Shown here piece after piece: positions 1 through 9,626 of a stretch of 32,000 nucleotides of DNA. Made by a program: the position numbers and the translations under genes. The stretch is from assembly GCF_000621645.1 (NCBI RefSeq), contig NZ_JHXR01000017.1, positions 30,001-62,000 on the forward strand, written 5' to 3'. Origin of the DNA: Vibrio cholerae ATCC 14035. GTDB taxonomy: Bacteria; Pseudomonadota; Gammaproteobacteria; Enterobacterales; Vibrionaceae. Every line of letters begins with the position of its first letter. Position 1 is the first letter of the stretch. The notes under the pieces are model-generated. The model was not told the DNA's origin. It was given only the letters and a program-made list of their open reading frames with translations, and made no database searches.

Positions 1-8
1 AACTACTG

Positions 9-778
9 ATGAGCCGTGGTTTCACCCTAATCGAAATGGTGATCACTATTATCTTGCTTGGCATTGTTGGCTTATTTCTGGGCAATATTGCTGGGCAAGC
101 GATGGGGATTTACGTCGATACCACTGCGCGTGAAGCCTTAATCCAGCAAGGGCGTTTTTTAACGGAACGTATGAGCCGTGAACTGCGTGAAGCTGTACCC
201 AATAGCGTAATCGTGGCCAATGGTTGTATTGAGTTTCTGCCGATTGTAAACAGCGCGATTTATCAGTCATTACCGACGAATACCGTGAATACTCTGCGCC
301 TCTTGCCCATCACTAAGTCGATCCAAGCGGGAGAGCGTTTAGTGATTTCTCCCAATGATCCTGCTGCGTTACGCGCCGCTCTCTTACCAGCAGCGGGGCA
401 AATTGCCGAAGTCGCCAGTACTGTTGATTTCACCCCACCACAGGATCGCACTATGGTGAATGTCCCCTTAGTCAGGGCACTTTGTTTACCCTACAGTCGC
501 CCGCGAATCGCGCCTATTTTTATACTACCCCCGTGGCATATTGTTACCAAGGTAACAGCATCTACCGCTATGCAGGCTATAGTTTGAATAGAACGGCCTT
601 GTCACCTGCCTATTTAGGGAATGGGGTGTTAATGGCGCAGAGCCTGAGTGGAGCCAATTTCAGTGTGTTAGCCCCACAGTTGCAGCGCAATGGATTAGTC
701 AAAATTGAGCTGACTTTTGCCGATAAAGGTGAGCAAGTAAGGTTTGATCATGATGCTCTGGTCTACAACACACCGTAA
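9..778 (+). pseudogene. mshO: MSHA minor (pseudo)pilin MshO, reading frame interrupted by an apparent 1-nt frameshift
   Basis: ATG at 9 overlaps the TGA of an upstream gene (ctgATGa). The N-terminus MSRGFTLIEMVITIILLG is a type IV prepilin cleavage/methylation motif (G|FTLIEM). The frame-0 ORF 9..587 turns into implausible sequence near aa 155 (LCLPYSRPRIAPIFILPPWHIV). Frame 2 is open from 428 to the stop at 776-778 and encodes a well-formed C-terminus (RAYFYTTPVAYCYQGNSIYRYAGY...ALVYNTP). The 770-nt span is not a multiple of 3, and one extra base would give one 256-codon ORF. Confidence 0.65.
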
Positions 779-1175
779 GCAGCAGGGCAATGCCTTGATT
801 CTCGTGGTTTTTATTATCGTAGTGGTTGGATTTGTTGCGCTGGTGGCCAATCGCAATCAAGCGCGTAGTAGCCAACAACTGGTGTCTATGGTGCTTGGTA
901 CTCGCGCGGAAATGGCCGCCCGCTCGGCACTTAATATCGAGCTCAGTCGTTTTTATCAAAGCAATAAGAGCGCGGGCAGTTGCTACACGACATCTCCTCA
1001 ATCTATGGATTTTGCAGGGGAAGGATTAGCACAATGTGAGGCAACCGTATCATGTCTGTCTCTTGGGGCATTGGATAATGGGCAAGCGGTGTATCAGCTC
1101 AGTGCAACAGGGCGTTGTCAGGTAGGAGATTGGAGCTTACAACGCATTATTGAAGTAGGAGTGAAAAGTGAATAA
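750..1175 (+). CDS. mshP: MSHA pilus biogenesis protein MshP (PilX-N-like hydrophobic N-terminus)
   Basis: The ORF track starts at TTG 744. ATG 750 or 753 is more likely, preceded by AAGG 7 nt upstream. The N-terminus KQQGNALILVVFIIVVVGFVALV is the pseudopilin-like PilX_N pattern (basic-Q-G-x-ALI plus a TM helix). It overlaps the mshO 3' end, and its stop overlaps the mshQ start, as in the msh minor-pilin operon. Confidence 0.7.
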   Translation: MMLWSTTHRKQQGNALILVVFIIVVVGFVALVANRNQARSSQQLVSMVLGTRAEMAARSALNIELSRFYQSNKSAGSCYTTSPQSMDFAGEGLAQCEATVSCLSLGALDNGQAVYQLSATGRCQVGDWSLQRIIEVGVKSE

Positions 1176-4100
1176 GTGGTTAGCCAAAACGCTAGTGGGA
1201 TTGGGATGTTTTGCATTGCTCTCTGCTTATGCTTTGGCATTTCAGGATATTGATCACTCAATTTATTTTCCCAGTGTTGTTCAAGGCCATGGCAGTTGTA
1301 GTGGCGCACCAAATCCGCAGTTAATTCAGTACAACAGCGCAAGAATTAACGGAACGAATAATTCAGTTGTAGATTTTTGTTCTATTAATGCTACCAATGA
1401 ACGGCCTAATACTCGTTGTGATAATAATCTTTGCCAAGTTTCTGGTAATACTGTGCCTTCGCTTAGCCTTGCTGGGATTAATGCATTTAAAACATCAAGC
1501 GTTAGTGGAACGGAAATAGGTTGGTGTAATAGTGGGCAAAGTATTCTTCTATCAAAAACGAATATTGGGACTGTACAACTTTATGCCTCATGTACATTAA
1601 GTTTTACCGGACAGACTGAATATAAAATTAAATCTTTGGATATGGGAAGTGGTGCGACTCTTGTTCTTTCCAGCGGTGATTACTGGATTGAATCTCTGCA
1701 ACTTAACCAAGGAGGTGAAGTCGTTGTGGATGGGGATGTACGCCTTTTTATTCGCAATAATTCTGATTGGAATAGTGCACAGATTAATGTCTCAGGATCA
1801 GGCAATTTAACCATTGTTGGTTATAACAACATCACATTAAATCAATCGAATCAGGTAAAGGCTTATCTCTATGTCGGTGGCACATTAACTCTGCATAACA
1901 CATCTGTCATTAATGGACGGGTCACAAGTCGTCGATTATTTATGGAGGCTAATACTGAGATTAACCAAAATGAACAGCAAGGCTATGCTTGTTTTACCGA
2001 TGATTTTAATCGCTCATCTCTTGGACAAAATTGGATTCCCTACACCAGTAGCGGTAATTTCACACCGAGTATTATTAGTAACCGAATGCGCTTAACAGAA
2101 GCGATTACCAATCAAGCGACAGCAGTGACTTATCAGCGTATTTTTCCTGCAGCAGGCAATTTGGTTACCGTAGAGTTTGATTATTATGCATGGGCGAATT
2201 TAACCGGTAATGGAGCCGATGGGGTCTCGGTAATTTTTTCGGATGCGACGGTCACTCCGAGAACGGGCGGTTTTGGTGGCTCTCTAGGTTATGCGCAAAG
2301 AACCGATACTAATCCTGATACACCAGGTTTTGCGGGGGGATGGTTGGGTGTCGGCTTAGATGAATGGGGTAACTATTCGAACGCGACGGAAGGGCGACAA
2401 GGTGGCCCCGGTTTTCGTCAGCAAGCTGTGGCGATTCGTGGCTCTGAGTCAGCGAATTATCAATATTTAGTGGGCACTGCTGCCAACCTCAATCCTAAAT
2501 TAGATGTGCGTCGGACATGTCAATGGTGGGGATGTTCTTTTTCTGGTGCAGGCCCCGGCCATCGTTATTTCATCACCATCGATTCGCGCAGTGGGGGGGG
2601 CGTTTGGGTTCGTGTCGATCGCTCTGTGAATGGCACTATGCAAACGGTCATTGATTGGCATAACGTGTTGAGTAATCCCAATCAAGGGGCAACCCCCGCG
2701 GACTTTCTACTTTCTCTCGCGGGCTCGACAGGCGCATCAGTCAATAACCATGAAATTGAGAACTTCAAAGTGTGCGCATTGAAATCTCGCCCAGTTGGAC
2801 AATTAATTGACCACTTCCGTTTCACTCTGCCACAGCAAGGGCTGACTTGTAGCGCTTCTGAGGTTCAGATCAAAGCTTGTGCGAATGACAATTGTAGTCA
2901 GCTGTACACGGATCCTGTGACGGCTACGCTCTCCCCAAATTCAGCACCGAGTGCGACTGGTGGTTGGTTGGGTGGCTCACAAGTGAATTTCAATAATGGA
3001 ATTGCCACGGCGCAACTGAGACGTAATAGTGTAGGGAATGTGTCAGTCAACGTACTTGGCTCGACTCCTGCCAGTAAGCCTTTTCAGGTCAACCTCTGTA
3101 GCTACACGAACAATCCCAACAGTTATTCGACGGCCAATTGTACGGTCAATTTTGCAGACAGCGGTTTTATTGTCGATGTACCCAATGCTTATGCTAACCA
3201 GACGGTGACGGGCACCATAAAAGCGGTGCGCAAAGATAATGCTTCACAACAATGCTTACCAAGTTTTGGCAATGTCCAAAAATCAGTGGCGTTTTGGAGT
3301 GAATACCTCAATCCGACGGCCAATAATAGTGGATTCCAATCTGTCAGTGTGGGGGTAAATGGAACGCCAATTGGTCAGTCTGCAAATAACGCGACCTCGA
3401 TAAGTTTGAACTTTAATCAAAATGGTGAGGCGAGTTTCCCGATCTCTTATCGTGAAGTGGGTAGTCTAGCTCTGCATGCTCGTTTCACGGGCAGCGGTGA
3501 TGAGCAAGATCTGTTGCTTGAAGGGCAAGATAGTTTTATCCGTGTTCCTAGGGCATTGGTACTCAGTGCGAATAATCCATATAACCCGACACATCCAAAT
3601 GGCCAATGCTCTGCTGAGAATATCAGTTGTAATGTTTTTGCGAGAGCCGATGAAAACTTTGATCTGATTATTCGAGCCGTTGTTGCTGCGCCCATTGAAG
3701 ATAATGATTTCACAAACAATTTAACGGCTTATAACTACCAGCAACAAAATATCGCGCTACAACACACTCTGGTGCAGCCATCGGCAGGGCAGTCGGGTGT
3801 GTTAGGCGTAAATGAATACACTCATCTACTTGGGGGTACAACGACTATTGCGCAAAAAGTGAGTGAAGTCGGGGTGTTTGATTTCTCTTTGTTCGCACCC
3901 ACCCATTATCTTGGCCTTGACTTAGCCAGCGCCAATCTACCGATTGCGGTGACGTCAACAGGATCGATTGGGCGCTTTATTCCCGCTTACTTTTCGGTAT
4001 CTCCGATGAGTAATGTCACCTTAGATGCGGCATGTAAAACCGGTAATGCCTTTAGTTATCTCGGTCAGCCGTTCGAGTATTCCAATAGCCCGGGACTCTA

Positions 4101-4926
4101 TTTACAGCCTAAATCCGCCAATAATGCGGATACGCAAAATTACCTCATCGACCCTTGGTGGCGTTATAACAATCAATGGAATGGTCGCACTTACAGTGAT
4201 AGCGCAAACGGTGTGAATCTTGGTTTCGATAATCTGCAGACTTCGCCCATCAGCAGACAGGCATTAAACAACAGTGGCATTGTCTTAAATGGGGAAAGGG
4301 TGTGGTATCAAAAACCGTTACAACCTAAACCGGTGTTTAATTCAGCGTTTGATTTGACTTTGAATGCCTCTAACTTAACGGATCAGGATGGGGTTTGTTA
4401 CCGACAAAATGCGTCATCCCCTTGTTTGGGATATACGTTTTCACACATTGATGGAGCTATGCCGCTGTATTGGGGCAAATTAGTCATTCAAGATGTGTAT
4501 GGGCCAGAGACTCAAGCCTCAGAGCAACCCATCTATGTCGAGCATTTCACCAACAATGGTTTTGTTCGTACGATTGAGGACAGTTGCACCGCACTGCCTG
4601 CGATCACAGGCTTTACCTTGCAATCGGATCCTAATAACAACGGTTATACCGTATTGACCACTGGCGTTGCGGTTCCTCCCCAAGTCTTGGCTGAGCATTC
4701 GGCGGCTAATTTAAACTCAGGTCAGCGCGCCATTCGCTTTAGTGCGCCGGGAGCAGGGGCTCTTGGTGTGATTGATTCGGTGTTGGATCTCAATGCGCAC
4801 AACTTGCTGTGGCTTGCCGAAGACAAAGATGGCGACAACAATTTTGATCAAACCACCCAAGGTCGAGCGCAATTTGGCTTGTATCGCGGCAGTGATCGGG
4901 TGATCTGGTGGCGCGAATCGAATTAA
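1168..4926 (+). CDS. mshQ: MSHA biogenesis protein MshQ, a 1252-aa secreted protein with a beta-helix-like N-domain and a ConA/LamG-like lectin-fold region
   Basis: GTG start has a GGAG 7 nt upstream and overlaps the mshP stop. Signal peptide: MNKWLAKTLVGLGCFALLSAYALA. Residues about 275-545 (FTDDFNRSSLGQNWIPYTSSGNF...VEFDYYAW...GADGVSVIFSD...GGFGGSLGY) have the look of a concanavalin-A-like lectin/LamG domain. The size and its position after mshO and mshP match MshQ. Confidence 0.85.
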   Translation: MNKWLAKTLVGLGCFALLSAYALAFQDIDHSIYFPSVVQGHGSCSGAPNPQLIQYNSARINGTNNSVVDFCSINATNERPNTRCDNNLCQVSGNTVPSLSLAGINAFKTSSVSGTEIGWCNSGQSILLSKTNIGTVQLYASCTLSFTGQTEYKIKSLDMGSGATLVLSSGDYWIESLQLNQGGEVVVDGDVRLFIRNNSDWNSAQINVSGSGNLTIVGYNNITLNQSNQVKAYLYVGGTLTLHNTSVINGRVTSRRLFMEANTEINQNEQQGYACFTDDFNRSSLGQNWIPYTSSGNFTPSIISNRMRLTEAITNQATAVTYQRIFPAAGNLVTVEFDYYAWANLTGNGADGVSVIFSDATVTPRTGGFGGSLGYAQRTDTNPDTPGFAGGWLGVGLDEWGNYSNATEGRQGGPGFRQQAVAIRGSESANYQYLVGTAANLNPKLDVRRTCQWWGCSFSGAGPGHRYFITIDSRSGGGVWVRVDRSVNGTMQTVIDWHNVLSNPNQGATPADFLLSLAGSTGASVNNHEIENFKVCALKSRPVGQLIDHFRFTLPQQGLTCSASEVQIKACANDNCSQLYTDPVTATLSPNSAPSATGGWLGGSQVNFNNGIATAQLRRNSVGNVSVNVLGSTPASKPFQVNLCSYTNNPNSYSTANCTVNFADSGFIVDVPNAYANQTVTGTIKAVRKDNASQQCLPSFGNVQKSVAFWSEYLNPTANNSGFQSVSVGVNGTPIGQSANNATSISLNFNQNGEASFPISYREVGSLALHARFTGSGDEQDLLLEGQDSFIRVPRALVLSANNPYNPTHPNGQCSAENISCNVFARADENFDLIIRAVVAAPIEDNDFTNNLTAYNYQQQNIALQHTLVQPSAGQSGVLGVNEYTHLLGGTTTIAQKVSEVGVFDFSLFAPTHYLGLDLASANLPIAVTSTGSIGRFIPAYFSVSPMSNVTLDAACKTGNAFSYLGQPFEYSNSPGLYLQPKSANNADTQNYLIDPWWRYNNQWNGRTYSDSANGVNLGFDNLQTSPISRQALNNSGIVLNGERVWYQKPLQPKPVFNSAFDLTLNASNLTDQDGVCYRQNASSPCLGYTFSHIDGAMPLYWGKLVIQDVYGPETQASEQPIYVEHFTNNGFVRTIEDSCTALPAITGFTLQSDPNNNGYTVLTTGVAVPPQVLAEHSAANLNSGQRAIRFSAPGAGALGVIDSVLDLNAHNLLWLAEDKDGDNNFDQTTQGRAQFGLYRGSDRVIWWRESN

Positions 4927-5027
4927 TGATTAAGCACTCAATGGATCCAGATTTCTCTCATTCCGTTAGAGAACTGTTAGAAATTGCGTGTTTCAGTCCA
5001 TGTTTATGGATCAACGCCTTGCTGTGA

Positions 5028-6137
<1,110 letters not shown>

Positions 6138-6193
6138 ACCGTAGTGTTGTGCCTTATGCATGGCACTTTGCTCAGAGTTAGGATGGTTATTGG

Positions 6194-7084
6194 ATGAAAC
6201 CTATCTTTGGTCGAGGACCTTCTCTGCAGCTACGGCTATTTTTTGCGGTTATGCTATCAGCCAGCCTTATGCTGGCTGATAGTCGTTTAGGTGCATTCTC
6301 ACATGTACGCTTTCTGCTCAATAGTCTGGTTGCGCCTATTCAGTACGCAGCGGATCTGCCGCGCGTACTGTTTGACGATTTTTATGACAGCATCAGCTCT
6401 CATCAGCAGTTACGGGAAAATAACCAACTGCTAAAACGTGAAGTCCTGACCCTGAAAAGTAATCTGTTACTGCTTGAGCAGTACAAAGAAGAGAACCAAC
6501 GGCTGCGTAAGTTACTCGGATCCTCCTTTTTGCGTGATGAGAAAAAGGTGGTGACCGAAGTGATGGCGGTCGATACGTCGCCCTATCGTCACCAAGTTGT
6601 GATCGATAAAGGCCGGGTAGATGGAGTGTACGAAGGTCAGCCGATCATCAATGAAAAAGGCATTGTTGGACAAGTCACCTTTGTGGCGGCGCACAATAGC
6701 CGAGTCTTGCTCCTGATTGACCCTAATACCGCGATTCCGGTACAGAACATTCGCAATGATATTCGAGTCATCGCCTCAGGCAATGGACAAACCGATCAAA
6801 TCCAACTGGAACATATACCTACCAGTACCGATATTGAAGTCGGCGATATGCTCGTCACCTCTGGCTTGGGTGGGGTTTACCCTGAAGGCTACCCAGTGGC
6901 GATTGTGTCACAGGTGGATAAAGACACGCGCCGTGAGTTTGCCTCGATCAAAGCCGATCCTGTAGTAGAATTTGATCGCTTGCGCTACTTATTGCTGATT
7001 TGGCCAAACGAAGATCGCTTACAAAAAGTGATGCAGGCTGATCCGCAGGTGCTATTAGAGGAAGAAGCCAATGCTCAGCAGTGA
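6194..7084 (+). CDS. mreC: Rod-shape-determining protein MreC
   Basis: 296 aa. It has an N-terminal membrane anchor, a coiled-coil (LLKREVLTLKSNLLLLEQYKEENQRLRKLL) and then a beta-rich periplasmic domain. It sits between mreB and mreD. Confidence 0.9.
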   Translation: MKPIFGRGPSLQLRLFFAVMLSASLMLADSRLGAFSHVRFLLNSLVAPIQYAADLPRVLFDDFYDSISSHQQLRENNQLLKREVLTLKSNLLLLEQYKEENQRLRKLLGSSFLRDEKKVVTEVMAVDTSPYRHQVVIDKGRVDGVYEGQPIINEKGIVGQVTFVAAHNSRVLLLIDPNTAIPVQNIRNDIRVIASGNGQTDQIQLEHIPTSTDIEVGDMLVTSGLGGVYPEGYPVAIVSQVDKDTRREFASIKADPVVEFDRLRYLLLIWPNEDRLQKVMQADPQVLLEEEANAQQ

Positions 7085-7559
7085 TATTAAAGGCCGCATG
7101 GTCATTCTTGCCTCATTTTTACTGGCGCTGATTTTGCAAACCATCCCATGGCCGGGAACCTTAGATCTGTTCCGGCCACCTTGGCTGCTGCTGGTCTGTT
7201 GTTACTGGGTATTGGCACTGCCGCACCGAGTGAATGTCGGCAGCGCTTTGGTCATGGGCTTATTGTGGGATCTGTTACTCGGTTCCACCTTAGGTATTCG
7301 CGGCATGATGATGTCGATCATCATCTATCTGGTCGCGATGAATTTCTTGGTACTGCGCAACATGGCTCTATGGCAGCAAGCGATTGTGATTGGTTTGCTG
7401 TCGATGGGATTGGAAGTGCTGATTTTCTGTGGTGAGTACCTGATCCAGAATGTGACATTCAATCCGTTGTCACTCTGGAGTGGAGTGATTGCCTGTATAC
7501 TTTGGCCGTGGATGTTTTTATTACTGCGCCGAGTTCGACGCCATTGGCATGTGAAATGA
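7071..7559 (+). CDS. mreD: Rod-shape-determining protein MreD
   Basis: 162-aa polytopic membrane protein. The N-terminus [22 protein letters not shown] parallels E. coli MreD. ATG 7071 overlaps the mreC 3' end by 14 nt and is preceded by GAGGAAG. Confidence 0.9.
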   Translation: MLSSDIKGRMVILASFLLALILQTIPWPGTLDLFRPPWLLLVCCYWVLALPHRVNVGSALVMGLLWDLLLGSTLGIRGMMMSIIIYLVAMNFLVLRNMALWQQAIVIGLLSMGLEVLIFCGEYLIQNVTFNPLSLWSGVIACILWPWMFLLLRRVRRHWHVK

Positions 7560-8119
7560 CAATATCGAAATTAGTGTTGGCTTCGGGATCCCCTAGACGT
7601 CGTGAACTGCTCGCTCAAATGGGCTACCAGTTTGAAGTCGTGGTTCCGAATGTCGAAGAGAAACGCGCAGCGGCTGAGTCGCCAGCGCAATATGTTGAAC
7701 GGCTTTCTCGCGATAAAGCCTTAGCGGGAGCGGCCTTGGTCGCGGCCGAGGCGGTCGTGATTGGTTCAGATACGATAGTTGTGAAAGATCAACAGGTGTT
7801 GGAAAAGCCGCGTGATTTTGCTGATGCAAAACGCATGTTACTCAAACTTTCCGGTAGCCAACACCAAGTGATGACCGGGGTGAGTGTGACTTGCCGCGGC
7901 ATCACTCACTCCGTGGTGGTGACCACGGAGGTGTGGTTTAAAACTTTGTCAGAACAAGAAATAGAAGCCTATTGGCAAAGTGGTGAGCCCTGCGATAAAG
8001 CTGGCAGTTACGGCATTCAGGGATTGGGTGGACGATTTGTTACGAGGATTGAAGGCAGCTACCACGCGGTAGTCGGATTGCCACTCTACGAGACTGACCA
8101 GCTTCTGCACAAATTCTAA
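7556..8119 (+). CDS. maf: Maf/YhdE nucleoside-triphosphate pyrophosphatase
   Basis: The ORF track starts at 7502. ATG 7556 (ATGA overlap with the mreD stop) gives [19 protein letters not shown], the canonical Maf N-terminus (ASxSPRR), for 187 aa. Conserved position after mreD. Confidence 0.9.
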   Translation: MTISKLVLASGSPRRRELLAQMGYQFEVVVPNVEEKRAAAESPAQYVERLSRDKALAGAALVAAEAVVIGSDTIVVKDQQVLEKPRDFADAKRMLLKLSGSQHQVMTGVSVTCRGITHSVVVTTEVWFKTLSEQEIEAYWQSGEPCDKAGSYGIQGLGGRFVTRIEGSYHAVVGLPLYETDQLLHKF

Positions 8120-8144
8120 TCATTTTAATCATTGAGGTGCGCTC

Positions 8145-9614
8145 ATGAGTGCAGAGTTGCTGTTAAACGTCACCCCGAGTGAAACTCGGGTGGCGATGAT
8201 TGAAGGGGGAATCCTTCAGGAAATCCATATTGAACGTGAAGCCAAACGCGGCATTGTTGGCAATATTTACAAAGGCAAAGTCAGCCGGGTATTACCGGGC
8301 ATGCAAGCTGCTTTTGTGGATATTGGACTCGACAAGGCCGCTTTTTTACATGCCTCGGATATTGTGCCCCACACCGAGTGTGTTGCCGAAAGTGAGAAGC
8401 AGCAGTTCCAAGTGCGCGATATTTCCGAGCTGGTGCGCCAAGGGCAAGATATTGTGGTGCAAGTGGTCAAAGACCCGCTTGGTACTAAGGGTGCTCGCTT
8501 AACTACCGATATTACGCTCCCTTCTCGTTATCTGGTGTTTATGCCGGGGGCAAGCCATGTTGGCGTATCACAACGCATCGAAAGCGAAGCGGAGCGCGAG
8601 CGCCTAAAGAAAATCGTTTCTCATTATTGCGATGAGCATGGCGGGTTCATTATCCGAACCGCAGCAGAAGGGGCAAACGAAAAAGAGTTGACTCAAGATG
8701 CGGCGTTTCTTAAGCGTTTGTGGTCAAAAGTGATTGAGCGGCGCAGCAAATACAAGAACCGCTCTATGCTGTATGGCGAGCTTGGTTTGGCGCAGCGCAT
8801 TTTGCGTGACTTTGTCGGCACCGAACTGACCAAAATTCTCATCGATTCACGACAAGAGTTCGAAAACCTCAAAGAGTTTACCTCCGAATATGTCCCTGAG
8901 CTGACGGCTAAATTAGAGCTGTACCACGGCGATAAGCCCATTTTTGACATGTACGATACGGAAAATGAGATTCAGCGCTCTCTCGAACGCAAAGTGGAGC
9001 TCAAATCGGGGGGGTATCTGATCATCGATCAAACCGAAGCCATGACCACCATCGATATCAATACGGGCGCGTTTGTTGGCCGCCGTAATCTCGAAGAGAC
9101 CATTTTCAACACCAATATTGAAGCGACTCAAGCCATTGCTCGTCAGCTGCGTCTGCGCAATCTGGGTGGGATTATCATTATTGACTTTATCGATATGGCG
9201 TCGGATGAGCACCGTAAGCGAGTGCTCACCTCTTTAGAGACAGCGTTGATGAAAGATCGGGTCAAAACCAACATCAACGGCTTTACTCAGCTTGGGTTGG
9301 TGGAGATGACGCGTAAAAGAACTCGAGAAAGCATTGAACATGTGCTCTGTTCGACTTGTCCAACGTGTGAAGGGCGAGGCAGCGTGAAAACTGTGGAAAC
9401 GGTGTGCTTTGAGATTTTGCGCGAAATTACGCGCGTGAATCGAGCCTATGATGCGGACAAATTCGTGGTTTATGCTTCACCGGCAGTGGCCGATACTTTG
9501 CAAGGTGAAGAGTCACATGCCTTGGCCGAGTTGGAAGTGTTCATTGGTAAAGAAGTGCGAATTCAAGCAGAACCACTCTACAACCAAGAGCAATTTGATG
9601 TTGTGATGATGTAA
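8145..9614 (+). CDS. rng: Ribonuclease G (CafA)
   Basis: 489 aa. It has an S1 domain (GNIYKGKVSRVLPGMQAAFVDIG), an RNase E/G core (DQTEAMTTIDINTG) and a CPTCEGRG Zn-link-like motif. Same length and position as E. coli rng. Confidence 0.93.
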   Translation: MSAELLLNVTPSETRVAMIEGGILQEIHIEREAKRGIVGNIYKGKVSRVLPGMQAAFVDIGLDKAAFLHASDIVPHTECVAESEKQQFQVRDISELVRQGQDIVVQVVKDPLGTKGARLTTDITLPSRYLVFMPGASHVGVSQRIESEAERERLKKIVSHYCDEHGGFIIRTAAEGANEKELTQDAAFLKRLWSKVIERRSKYKNRSMLYGELGLAQRILRDFVGTELTKILIDSRQEFENLKEFTSEYVPELTAKLELYHGDKPIFDMYDTENEIQRSLERKVELKSGGYLIIDQTEAMTTIDINTGAFVGRRNLEETIFNTNIEATQAIARQLRLRNLGGIIIIDFIDMASDEHRKRVLTSLETALMKDRVKTNINGFTQLGLVEMTRKRTRESIEHVLCSTCPTCEGRGSVKTVETVCFEILREITRVNRAYDADKFVVYASPAVADTLQGEESHALAELEVFIGKEVRIQAEPLYNQEQFDVVMM

Positions 9615-9626
9615 ATAGGGCATCGG

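Noticed and set aside
428-500. Programmed ribosomal frameshifting as the explanation for the split mshO
   Set aside because: The required shift is -1, but there is no X-XXY-YYZ slippery heptamer in the zero frame (gca ctt tgt tta / gtc ccc tta) and no obvious downstream pseudoknot or hairpin. A mutation or a sequencing indel in a short homopolymer is simpler.
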